From Candidatus Nomurabacteria bacterium (GTDB taxonomy: Bacteria > Patescibacteriota > Minisyncoccia > Phycocordibacterales > SBAW01), in the NCBI GenBank assembly GCA_943348815.1, contig CALQYT010000001.1:92994-156993 (forward strand): a stretch of 64,000 nucleotides of DNA. The letters are read 5' to 3'. The notes under the pieces are model-generated. The model searched no databases and had not been told where the DNA came from. It saw only the letters and a list, made by a program, of their open reading frames with translations. Below are positions 28,621 through 37,728 of the stretch, piece by piece. Made by a program: the position numbers and the translations under genes. Position 1 is the first letter of the stretch, and each line of letters opens with the position of its first letter.

Positions 28621-30414
28621 ATGGGATTGAAGAACTCTTTACTACAAGAGCCGACTATTTTCCTAACCCGAAAGTATTGGCAATTTTCGAAAGGCAGACA
28701 CGGTCTGATGCTTTTATACGTGGTGATGTTTATCATCGCCAACCTCATCCAACTTTTACCGCCGGTCATTTTTGGAGCCTTTGTGCGCGAGATACAGACG
28801 AGCGGCATTAGCAACGCTACGCTCCCGTATCTTATGTTTCTTTTGTTTTTGCTTTTTATTAACGAAATTGTTTTTTGGGCATTTCATGGACCGGCACGCG
28901 TGATCGAACGCTCGGTGGCATTTTGGACCGACGTGGTCTACCGCAAGCATTTGCTTGGTGGGGTATTGGACTTGGGGATCACCTGGCACGGCGAGCACGA
29001 CTCGGGCGACACTATTGATAGGGTAAATAAGGCGGGTGATGGCTTAAGCCGCTTTGGGCAAAATACGTTCCAGGTATTGCAGTTGCTGGTCAAATTTATT
29101 GGGACATCGCTCGCCCTTTGCGTTTTTGCGCCGTTTATTGGGGCGCTCGTCATCGTGCTCGTGCTCCTTTCGTTTGTAGCAATATTTCAATTTGACCGCG
29201 CGCTGATACCGCAGTACAGGCAGCTTAACGAATTTAGCAACAAGGTAAGCGCGCGCGTTTTCGACGCACTCTCCAACATCACGAGCGTCAAGATACTCCA
29301 TATTGAAAAGCCAGTACTCGATGGTCTTATGACGCGCCTCAAGGCGTCGTATGGGCTCTTTCAGAAAAATTCAAAATTAAATGAGTCAAAGTGGTTTACG
29401 GGAGGAGTCTTCTATCAAGCGATAGCGGTAGTGCCGCTGGTGTTTTATGTCTATTACAGTATCTCGAGAGGTGTTGCGGTCGATGCCGGCACGCTTTCCA
29501 CCTTGTATCTCTACTTGTCGGGTATGATTTATGTCTACTTTGGTTTCACCGACTTTTACGAAAAGCTTTCTATCTACAAAAACCAAGTAATCAACGCCAA
29601 ACCGATTGAGGATGCTTTTGATGCTAAAACAACCGTTCATCGGCACGCCGTGCCCGGCTGGCAGTCGTTGGGTATACAAAACCTGTCTTTTGCCTACGAG
29701 GGAGTAGGCGAGGTCCCCAACCTCAATAACGTTGAACTTACGGTCCAAAAAGGTGAGCGGGTGGCACTGATTGGCGAGTCGGGGTCGGGCAAGACAACGT
29801 TTCTTAAAGTATTTCACGGCTTGTATCCCAAAGCGCAGGCCGAGTTGAGTTTGGACGCCAAAGCTCCGCACAAAACTTCGTTTGCGGATTTGGATCTTAA
29901 AACCATGCTCGTGCCGCAAGAGCCGGAAATATTTTCCTCGACGATAAAAGAAAATATTACGCTCGGTGTCGAGTACTCGCAGCAAGATATTGAAGAGGCA
30001 ACGCGAATTGCGCGCTTTGATACGGTGGTAGCCAACTTGCCGCGAGGTTTTGATTCAGTAATCAACGAAAAAGGCGTCAATCTTTCGGGTGGTCAAAAAC
30101 AGCGGTTGGCACTGTCGCGCGCACTTCTCTTTTCGAAAGAAAAAGATATTATTTTGCTCGACGAGTCGACCAGTTCGGTTGACTCCGAAAATGAGACGCA
30201 AATCTACCTCAATATTTGGGAGGCCTTTGCCGGTAAAACGGTGATAGCCTCTATCCACAAAATGAACCTGCTCAAGCTGTTTGATCGCATTTATATCTTC
30301 GAAAAAGGCCGCATTGCCGACGAGGGAACCTTTGACGAGTTGCTCGATAAAAATGACTCCTTCAAAAAATCCTGGGAGCAGTTTGTTGCGACGGAGTCGG
30401 AAGGGGAAAACTAA
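28621..30414 (+). CDS. fused TMD-NBD ABC transporter (exporter-type architecture)
   Basis: N-terminal about 300 aa with 5-6 TM helices; C-terminal NBD with Walker A GESGSGKTT, signature LSGGQKQRLALSRA, Walker B ILLDESTS. Confidence 0.75.
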   Translation: MGLKNSLLQEPTIFLTRKYWQFSKGRHGLMLLYVVMFIIANLIQLLPPVIFGAFVREIQTSGISNATLPYLMFLLFLLFINEIVFWAFHGPARVIERSVAFWTDVVYRKHLLGGVLDLGITWHGEHDSGDTIDRVNKAGDGLSRFGQNTFQVLQLLVKFIGTSLALCVFAPFIGALVIVLVLLSFVAIFQFDRALIPQYRQLNEFSNKVSARVFDALSNITSVKILHIEKPVLDGLMTRLKASYGLFQKNSKLNESKWFTGGVFYQAIAVVPLVFYVYYSISRGVAVDAGTLSTLYLYLSGMIYVYFGFTDFYEKLSIYKNQVINAKPIEDAFDAKTTVHRHAVPGWQSLGIQNLSFAYEGVGEVPNLNNVELTVQKGERVALIGESGSGKTTFLKVFHGLYPKAQAELSLDAKAPHKTSFADLDLKTMLVPQEPEIFSSTIKENITLGVEYSQQDIEEATRIARFDTVVANLPRGFDSVINEKGVNLSGGQKQRLALSRALLFSKEKDIILLDESTSSVDSENETQIYLNIWEAFAGKTVIASIHKMNLLKLFDRIYIFEKGRIADEGTFDELLDKNDSFKKSWEQFVATESEGEN

Positions 30415-31227
30415 ATGCACACTACGCTCGCGCAAAAAATTGTTGATGTTGTCTCGCGCGGGCCGTGCGCAAAGTCGGAGCTTTTAGAAAAGCTTACGAA
30501 AGAAAGGGGAGTGACTATTCAGGGAGTTTATAAAGCGCTGAAACAACTGAGAGCTGAGGAAATTGTGACCGTTCATAAAAACACCGTGAGTCTTTCGGCA
30601 GTATGGATTCAAAAACAGTTTGATCACATTTCCGAGGTCGCGTCCCGCTACCAAGCCCCGGTCTATCAGAGTTATTTTGGCGCTCTAAAACCAGGCGAGA
30701 AAGTGACCTACCGGTTTAAAACGCTTAAAGAATTGCATGCGTTTTGGGTGCACGCGATTATGATCGCCGTACGCGGCAAACATAAGGAGGCTACCATCAT
30801 CACTCTTGCGCCCCACGATTGGTTTGAGTACTTGCGCCCAGGGATGTCGGGCATGTGGGATAAAGTTTTGGGGTCACATAACCCGCATCTTTCCATCATG
30901 ACCCACTCGGGGGTAGAAGAAAAAAAGAAATCAACTCATCCAGGAGTACGCAAGTGGCAGCGGCTCTTTAATGTTAACCCTCTCAAACAAAAAGAATCGG
31001 TTTATATTAATATTGTAGGAAATTTAATCTTTGAAGCACATCTAGACGAGCCGACGGTCTCAAAAATACGCGACGTTATGGTTGATAAGCAGGTTGATGT
31101 CGAAAAAATTCTTTCAACGGCGGGGAAATTTAGATTTACCGTAGTAAATGACCCCCGGAAGGCAAACTCGTATAGAAAGCGTTTGTATAAGTACTGTCCG
31201 CCTGAGGTTTTTAAACTTGAAGTTTAA
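30415..31227 (+). CDS. wHTH-containing protein, distant paralog of the TrmB-like set
   Basis: N-terminal SELLEKLTKERGVTIQGVYKALKQLRAEEIV helix-turn-helix. Start ATG overlaps the preceding stop (TAAATG). Confidence 0.5.
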   Translation: MHTTLAQKIVDVVSRGPCAKSELLEKLTKERGVTIQGVYKALKQLRAEEIVTVHKNTVSLSAVWIQKQFDHISEVASRYQAPVYQSYFGALKPGEKVTYRFKTLKELHAFWVHAIMIAVRGKHKEATIITLAPHDWFEYLRPGMSGMWDKVLGSHNPHLSIMTHSGVEEKKKSTHPGVRKWQRLFNVNPLKQKESVYINIVGNLIFEAHLDEPTVSKIRDVMVDKQVDVEKILSTAGKFRFTVVNDPRKANSYRKRLYKYCPPEVFKLEV

Positions 31228-31305
31228 AAGTGAGCACTACCGGTTTGTTTTGTTGACCCGGGAAGAATAGGTAGTTATAGTCGCGCCAGCCTTAATGGCT
31301 TTTAT

Positions 31306-32400
31306 ATGAACAATAAATGGTGGGTGGCGGTTGTAATTTTGGTAGTCATCGGTGTCGGTATTTATTATTGGCAAAAAACGCCCCTGTCCTCTGGTGAAAA
31401 CATTAAAATTGGCGCAGTACTCAGCCTTACGGGGGATGCTTCTGTCGATGCGTTAAATATGCAGCGGGGGATAGAGCTTGCGCGCGGAGATTTAGCCGCA
31501 AAAGGAATTGTGGTTGACATACAGTATCAAGATGACAAGACTGATCCAAAGCAAACGGTTTCTGCGGCGCAGTACCTTGCTAGTACCTACCAACCCCAAG
31601 CACTACTGGGGCCGGTCTGGTCATTTTTGGCCGATGCTATTGCTCCTACTATTGCGTCCCAGAAAATTGTCACTCTCTCACCCGCGGTAACCACCGAATT
31701 TGTCAGTGCCCGCAGTCCGTATCTCTTTTTGGGTGGGATGAAAAACGAGTTGACGCGGCCAATCCTCGCCGATTGGCTGAAACAGCACAAGGTCATGCGA
31801 GTCGCTATGGTTACTGACACCAGTGCCTGGAGCCAGAGTCTCGCGAAACCTTTTAGAGAAGCAGTGAAAGACGCCGGAGCACAAATGGTGCTAGATGAAG
31901 ATGTATCACTGCAGGCAGATGCAAGCACTATCGCCTCGGTATGGTTAAAAGCAAAAGCTGCCAAGGCCGACCTTGTGTTGCGTACGGGAGGCGCCAGCGC
32001 GGAGACCGCTTACTTTGTACAAAAACGCGCAGAACTCAATCTGCCCGTTCCTGTTATATCTGCTTCCGCTAGTCTGTACCGGGATTTACTCTCTCGAGGA
32101 AGTATCTCAGCAGACAGCCTTAAAGATATATATGCCATTGACGCACAATTGTCGCCCGATTTTGTTGCCAAGTTTAAAGCAAAATATAACCAAGAACCGG
32201 GTAACTACGCGGACCGAGGTTATGACAGTTTGATGATAGTGGTAGAAGCTATCCGCAACGCGCCGAGCAAGGATGCCGATGCTCTTTCGCAGTACTTGCA
32301 CACGGCACTGCACTACCAAGGCTACGCGGGGACCTATGAGTTTGGTGAAGATGGGGGAGTAAAGGGAGGGGTTTGGATGATCCAGCCGATTATTAAATAG
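31306..32400 (+). CDS. LivK-type substrate-binding protein, TM-anchored
   Basis: IKIGAVLSLTGDASVDALNMQRGIELARGDLAAKGIVVDIQYQDDKTDPKQTVSAAQYL, near-identical block to the 596..1714 product. Confidence 0.8.
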   Translation: MNNKWWVAVVILVVIGVGIYYWQKTPLSSGENIKIGAVLSLTGDASVDALNMQRGIELARGDLAAKGIVVDIQYQDDKTDPKQTVSAAQYLASTYQPQALLGPVWSFLADAIAPTIASQKIVTLSPAVTTEFVSARSPYLFLGGMKNELTRPILADWLKQHKVMRVAMVTDTSAWSQSLAKPFREAVKDAGAQMVLDEDVSLQADASTIASVWLKAKAAKADLVLRTGGASAETAYFVQKRAELNLPVPVISASASLYRDLLSRGSISADSLKDIYAIDAQLSPDFVAKFKAKYNQEPGNYADRGYDSLMIVVEAIRNAPSKDADALSQYLHTALHYQGYAGTYEFGEDGGVKGGVWMIQPIIK

Positions 32401-32409
32401 AAATATTTT

Positions 32410-33522
32410 ATGCAAAAGTGGATTATTGGTGCAGTAGTTTTGGTGGTGGTCGTGGGTGGAGTTTGGTTGGGGACGCGGCAAAAGCAGGCGACGGGCAACC
32501 CTATTAAGTTGGGGGCGAGCATATCGCTTACGGGCGTTGCGTCGGCCTTCGGCGAGATGTCCAAAGACGGCATCGAACTGGCGGTTAAAGAAATAAATGC
32601 TAATGGCGGCGTTGATGGTCGCCCGGTTGAGGTGGTGATCGAGGACGACCAAACTGATGGCGCTAAGGCAGTCGGTGTCTACCAAAAACTTACGAGCGTT
32701 GACCATGTCGACGCGATAGTCGGCACCAACTTCGATTTTGTGGCCAAAGCGCTGTTTGATGTGGCCAAAGGAGGCAACACGGTAATCGCAACACCCTCGA
32801 CTCCGCGCGTCGGGAGTTACTATGGCGAAAATGGTAATGCCTTCTTTATGATGGCGAACCTCGACGAGATCGTCGACAACTTTCGCAGTTATTTGGCGAC
32901 CCAAACGTATCACCAAATTGCTATCGTGCGCTTTGAGTCAGCCTTTGGCGAGGTGTTTGCGGGCCAGTTAAGCAAAATTGCCACCGACTCGGGGCATCCG
33001 GCGATTATAAACGAGACCTACAAACAATTTGGACTGAGTGACTTCCGTACGACTATACTACGGCTCAAAAATGCAGGCGCGGATCTGGTATTCCTCGACA
33101 TGATTGGGTCCGATCCAGTTACGTTTGTTACGCAGGCCAACCAACTTGGCTTTCATCCGCACTACTTAACGCACAACGGGCTCAATACGACGCTCGCTAT
33201 CAGGGGCGTGGATCCGAATCTCTTTAATGGCATTGTCGACTTGGATTGGAACGTGAGCACCCCGCAGTTTGTTGAAGCATTTACCAAAGCGTATGGCATC
33301 GCTCCGACCAACTCTGCTAACCGCGCATACGAGGCAGTGTATGTGCTTGCCGATGCGGTCGCGCACGCGCAGAGCCGAGTCGGTATCCCTGACTACATTG
33401 CACGAACGACCTTCAAAACTCCCTACAGCACGGTGAGCTTTGCCCCTGACCATTCAGCGGCACACACGGCGATTGTTTTGTTACAAATGAAAGACGGCAA
33501 ACTGGTGCCGCTTCCGCAGTAA
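32410..33522 (+). CDS. LivK-type substrate-binding protein, TM-anchored
   Basis: IKLGASISLTGVASAFGE; GGVDGRPVEVVIEDDQTD; AIVGTNFD. Confidence 0.8.
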   Translation: MQKWIIGAVVLVVVVGGVWLGTRQKQATGNPIKLGASISLTGVASAFGEMSKDGIELAVKEINANGGVDGRPVEVVIEDDQTDGAKAVGVYQKLTSVDHVDAIVGTNFDFVAKALFDVAKGGNTVIATPSTPRVGSYYGENGNAFFMMANLDEIVDNFRSYLATQTYHQIAIVRFESAFGEVFAGQLSKIATDSGHPAIINETYKQFGLSDFRTTILRLKNAGADLVFLDMIGSDPVTFVTQANQLGFHPHYLTHNGLNTTLAIRGVDPNLFNGIVDLDWNVSTPQFVEAFTKAYGIAPTNSANRAYEAVYVLADAVAHAQSRVGIPDYIARTTFKTPYSTVSFAPDHSAAHTAIVLLQMKDGKLVPLPQ

Positions 33523-33562
33523 TTCTTGACAGCTCAGCCGCAGACGGGTAAGGTAGGAATGT

Positions 33563-33646
33563 ATGGAGCACTATAGCTCGCAGCCGCAGTTCTGGATGTA
33601 CCGTCACCTTCTTAGTGGCGGGGTCTTCTGCGTTGCGAGAGATTAG
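33563..33646 (+). CDS. candidate 27-aa small ORF (MEHYSSQPQFWMYRHLLSGGVFCVARD) with its own promoter-like element and terminator
   Basis: TTGACA (33526..33531)-17-TAAGGT; AGGTAGGA RBS 8 nt upstream of the ATG; strong terminator 33682..33716. No homology support. Confidence 0.25.
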   Translation: MEHYSSQPQFWMYRHLLSGGVFCVARD

Positions 33647-33681
33647 TATCTATACCATCTAATCTAAACCAATTAAGCAGA

Positions 33682-33716
33682 GGGCCCCGGCACAAACCGG
33701 GGCCCTTTGTTTTTTT
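33682..33716 (+). terminator. strong rho-independent terminator
   Basis: GGGCCCCGG-CACAAA-CCGGGGCCC followed by TTTGTTTTTTT. Confidence 0.8.
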
Positions 33717-33765
33717 GGAGGTAGAGTACTTCGACATCGACGAAAGATAGACAGAAAGGGAAGCA

Positions 33766-35007
33766 ATGCTCAATCAAATGCAGATGGCCGCGCAACTCTA
33801 CCAGGGTGGCGACCACGCAAGACTCCTCGAATATCTTTGTGCGATCGGGATGTCAGAACCCCATGCGCGTGAGTTGGCCGAGGACAAACTGACGAGACCT
33901 GAGCCCGAAACTCTTGCTCAGCTTTTGGCCAAGGTCGGCAGCAATGCGTGCACCACAACAAAGGTGGTACGCGCACTTGGCCTTCAAAGCACGACCAAAA
34001 CGCCGCAAAACGTCCATGCGTGGCGAATGGCGGCAGCGCTCGGGGGATTCCCCGTCCGCATTGGGCCAAGATATGTGGTGTCGGGCAACACGAGCCCGTT
34101 CTTAAAGGCGAGGGGCGGACTCGAGCATGTGCCCTTTGCCAAACTCCTGTTGGGCGAACCGGTGGGCACCCCGCTTTCGGCGGCGCTTGCGTCAGTGCTG
34201 CCGTCGACTCAAGGTGTGCGCGTTGCTCGGCAGATCCACGAAGCACGGTGCGTTGAGCCAAACGAAACCATTCGTGCGCTCATTGCACAAACTCTGCGAA
34301 TTGCGCGTGAGCGCGGCTCACTGACGCTCTGCGGGGCTTGTTGCCCCGACTATGAGTATGTGCGGACGGGCAATCCGTCTGCGCCCTTCAAATACACCTT
34401 CGCCAAAGTGGGCGATGGGGTGGGGCTTGTCGCCAAGGCGCTGATTGAGACGATGGTCCAACTGCACACGGTCTTTAGCGAGGTCGTGCCGGTTAAGATT
34501 GTGGTCTATATGGCCGACACCGAAGTGCGAGGTGATGGGCTGTGCGAGAAGCTCGGTGTCACGCCGGAGGAGTTTCTGTCCCGGTGTGTCAGATCAACCA
34601 AAGCGGTCCAGGTTGCGCTCGGTGAGCGTGGCATTGTTGCTGAAGTGCGGATGTTCCACGAGCACTTCGGTCAGCGTTTTGACAACCACGAGTCGCAGGC
34701 GCGCAAACGGATGCTCGTAGGCGACTACGGCCTTATCGCGCACTTGACCAAGGACCCGAACAAGTTGGTGCGGGAGCTGGCGGAGAAGTATCGCAGCTTC
34801 TACGTCAACTGGTATGGGCCCATGACTGATGCGGAGATCGAAAGACGCATCATACTGCAGGCGGCCGATTATGCTGCCTACGGAAAGCTGCTCGCCGATG
34901 AGCACGACGGCTGTTTGCAGGTTGCGGCGGACCGGCCGGACATGCAGATATTCGGGGCATTCTACAAGCATGTGTCCTACCTTGTTCGTCGTCGATACTA
35001 CGAGTAG
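33766..35007 (+). CDS. hypothetical protein (413 aa) in a GC-rich island
   Basis: Long ORF, about 60% GC versus about 50% in flanks; no recognisable family motifs. CGACCPDYEY cysteine cluster. Confidence 0.55.
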   Translation: MLNQMQMAAQLYQGGDHARLLEYLCAIGMSEPHARELAEDKLTRPEPETLAQLLAKVGSNACTTTKVVRALGLQSTTKTPQNVHAWRMAAALGGFPVRIGPRYVVSGNTSPFLKARGGLEHVPFAKLLLGEPVGTPLSAALASVLPSTQGVRVARQIHEARCVEPNETIRALIAQTLRIARERGSLTLCGACCPDYEYVRTGNPSAPFKYTFAKVGDGVGLVAKALIETMVQLHTVFSEVVPVKIVVYMADTEVRGDGLCEKLGVTPEEFLSRCVRSTKAVQVALGERGIVAEVRMFHEHFGQRFDNHESQARKRMLVGDYGLIAHLTKDPNKLVRELAEKYRSFYVNWYGPMTDAEIERRIILQAADYAAYGKLLADEHDGCLQVAADRPDMQIFGAFYKHVSYLVRRRYYE

Positions 35008-35077
35008 TAGTTTTCGCGCCCGGGCTTTAGGCTCGGGCGCGGGGACTTTTTATAAATTTCTAAGTTAGGATTACTTT

Positions 35078-36196
35078 ATGCAAACAGAACTATTAATTGA
35101 TTCTATCGGGCCAGACATTCGCCGCCGCACGGGCATCACCGCGCCGGACGAATTTTTCTATATCAAAGAGGCAAGCGGAAAAGAAACCGTATTTTTTGAC
35201 GCGCGCGAGTTTGAAGTACAAAAGAAAAAACTCGAGGCACTGGGGAGCACGATAGTTGTTGAAGCGCTCGAGCCGTACACAGACCGTGCGCGCGGTAGTA
35301 CGCTGCTAGGCTCGATGGGGGAAAAGACGTTGTTCGAAATTTTGCGCGCCAAAAATATTACTGAAGTAAAAGTTTCTGACACGGTGCCGTATGGTTGGGC
35401 GTTGGCGCTCCAACGTGATGGCATTACGGTGACTCCTAAAAATTTTAGTGCCGAGCGGGTGCACAAAACCGCCGCAGAATTTGAGCATATGCGCCGCGCG
35501 CAGCAAGCAACCGACGACGCTTTTGCCCTGGCCAAAAAGATTTTGAGCGAAAGTACTATCGTGGGGAATACGTTGCAATGGCAGGGTGCCGCACTCACGA
35601 GCGAGCGGATGAAAGTCGAATTAGAAACGCATTTTTTGCAGAGGGGGTTGTGGTCGCCCTCAAGTATGATTGTGGCGTGTGGCGAGCAGAGCGCCCGCCC
35701 GCACGATGAGGGTGAGGGCGAGTTGCGGCCAAACGAACTTATTATTGTTGATCTATTTCCGCAAGACCGGGCGAGCGGCTACTTTGCCGATATGACGCGG
35801 ACTTTTTGCAAAGGTCAGCCATCACCCAAACAAGCGGCGCTCTATGCGGCGGTGCAGCAGGCTCAAGCGGCAGTGCTTGCGGCGGCAGCGCCAGGCGTTG
35901 CCTGCAAGGCGCTGCATCAAATAGCTATCGATATTTTTGCCAAACTCGGGTTTGAAACCTCACCAAAAGGCGGGTTCATGCACGGGACCGGGCACGGACT
36001 GGGGCTGGCGATCCACGAGGGGCCGCGCATTAACAAAGATTCTACCAATGTGTTGGAGCCGGGTATGGTGGTCACTGTCGAGCCGGGGCTCTACTACCCC
36101 GAGTTGGGCGGCGTGCGCTTGGAGGATGTGATCTTTGTGCACGAAACAAGCGTCGAAAATATTACGAAGTTTGAAAAAGGATTAATCATTACGTAA
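35078..36196 (+). CDS. M24-family Xaa-Pro aminopeptidase/dipeptidase
   Basis: HGTGHGLGLAIHEGP, VEPGLY, LEDVIFV metal-ligand blocks typical of M24B. Confidence 0.75.
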   Translation: MQTELLIDSIGPDIRRRTGITAPDEFFYIKEASGKETVFFDAREFEVQKKKLEALGSTIVVEALEPYTDRARGSTLLGSMGEKTLFEILRAKNITEVKVSDTVPYGWALALQRDGITVTPKNFSAERVHKTAAEFEHMRRAQQATDDAFALAKKILSESTIVGNTLQWQGAALTSERMKVELETHFLQRGLWSPSSMIVACGEQSARPHDEGEGELRPNELIIVDLFPQDRASGYFADMTRTFCKGQPSPKQAALYAAVQQAQAAVLAAAAPGVACKALHQIAIDIFAKLGFETSPKGGFMHGTGHGLGLAIHEGPRINKDSTNVLEPGMVVTVEPGLYYPELGGVRLEDVIFVHETSVENITKFEKGLIIT

Positions 36197-36208
36197 AAAT
36201 CTAAAATT

Positions 36209-36559
36209 ATGTACGAAGCTTATGTGGCCCGCAAAAAAGATGCCAAAGTTTACGATATCCCCGGCGGATCGGTGTGCACGCTCTACGCCGACAGCCCGGT
36301 GGGCAACTTGTCGTGCGCCTATGTTGAGACAGATGGCCGCTATCCGGCAGAAGGCAGCCGCAAAAATATCGTGTGTACTGAAGCCACGTTTGTGATCGAA
36401 GGTTCGATGGAATTTACGTTAGGTGATGAAAAGTTTTTGCTCGAAGCGGGCGATGTAATCTACGTGCCGGTCAACGTGCCGTACACGGTGGTGGGCAAAG
36501 GCAGGAGTTTGGTCTTTATTAATCCCAAGTGGGATTCGGCCCAAAACGTGGCGGTTTAG
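36209..36559 (+). CDS. cupin-domain protein
   Basis: Small beta-barrel pattern (EATFVIEGSMEF...GDVIYVP). 116 aa. Confidence 0.5.
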   Translation: MYEAYVARKKDAKVYDIPGGSVCTLYADSPVGNLSCAYVETDGRYPAEGSRKNIVCTEATFVIEGSMEFTLGDEKFLLEAGDVIYVPVNVPYTVVGKGRSLVFINPKWDSAQNVAV

Positions 36560-37290
36560 ATACGCTGCCAGAGCATCTCAAAAATTTCGCGAACCGTTTT
36601 GGCCACTTCTTCGTTTTCGATAACGATCCCCTGGAGGTTTTTAAAATCTTGCACGCGTACCACGTCGCCCACCGTATCGATCGAAACTTCTGAAGAATAT
36701 TGTTCGTAGGGTACGGTCTTCACTTTGCGATTGTGAGTTGCATCAAGCACGCGATATTCGTGTAGATTTTCGTGTAGGGGAGCAATGGCTCTGGTCGAGC
36801 CTCCTCCTTTTTTGATCTGAGCAACGTAATCTTTTTTAAAATAATCTCGCAGTTCTTTTGGTGCGTTGTGATCGGTTGCCCAAAATGCAACCGTCTCTTT
36901 TCCCTCCAAATCTTTGGCACGGTATTCCAAAATTTGTTTTATACCGGCGATACCTTCAAAATAAATTGTGTTTACTTTTGTGGCCTCGCCTTTGGTGAGC
37001 GCCAAAATTTCTGGCAGCTTTTTCTTGGCCAAATCGAGTCGCTCTTGTGCCAGTGCAAAGGCCTCTTCGGGCGGACGGGCGACATAGAGTTGCTTTTTCT
37101 CTCGCGGAATTTGCACCACCAGACCTTTTTTGATCAACTCTTCCAAAATTACGTACGTGGTCGGGCGTTTGAGCCCACTTTTGGTCGCAATAGAGTAGGC
37201 CGGTGCCCGCCCCAGCTGCAAAAGTGCCAAATAAACGGCTGCTTCTTTGTCGCTCAGCCCTAATAACTGCAGCGCGTCTTTCGTTTCCAT
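36556..37290 (-). CDS. TrmB-like winged-helix transcriptional regulator
   Basis: LGLSDKEAAVYLALLQLGRAPAYSIATKSGLKRPTTYVILEELIKKGLV; tail REIFEMLWQRI. 3' end overlaps the cupin gene by 4 nt. Confidence 0.8.
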   Translation of the reverse strand: METKDALQLLGLSDKEAAVYLALLQLGRAPAYSIATKSGLKRPTTYVILEELIKKGLVVQIPREKKQLYVARPPEEAFALAQERLDLAKKKLPEILALTKGEATKVNTIYFEGIAGIKQILEYRAKDLEGKETVAFWATDHNAPKELRDYFKKDYVAQIKKGGGSTRAIAPLHENLHEYRVLDATHNRKVKTVPYEQYSSEVSIDTVGDVVRVQDFKNLQGIVIENEEVAKTVREIFEMLWQRI

Positions 37291-37728
37291 CTTTTCAGTT
37301 TAGAGGGGAAATACGATACTGTCAACAATTTTGACAACCTAAATCAGAATTATAAAAATAAGCCTCAAAATAAGGTTATTTAATAATTAAAATAAAACCA
37401 TACTTTTGACATAAGTGTAATCTTTACGCATACTCTACCTAGGCTCAAACCGAGGAACTGGCCATGAAAATCAACGTCCTTCTGCATCATGCGGACAATG
37501 GGAAGTTGCTTGAGCTAAAAGAAGAACGGATATGAAGTTGTTCCCTCAAGAGGCGGTTCTGCGCCGATCGATAGTAGTGACATGATGGATGCGCTTCGGA
37601 AGTGGCTGCACCAGAAAGGAGAAGAAAAAATACCTTTGCTCTTTATTTGAGCAAAGACGGGGGATCGGTGGGTCCCCCGCTCAGCTGAGAGCCTGATGTC
37701 TTCGGGCTCTCTTTGAGAAGTTTTATAT

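Noticed and set aside
32107-32916. 269-aa minus-strand ORF spanning the junction of two plus-strand SBP genes
   Set aside because: It crosses an intergenic boundary of well-supported genes and its product has no family features.
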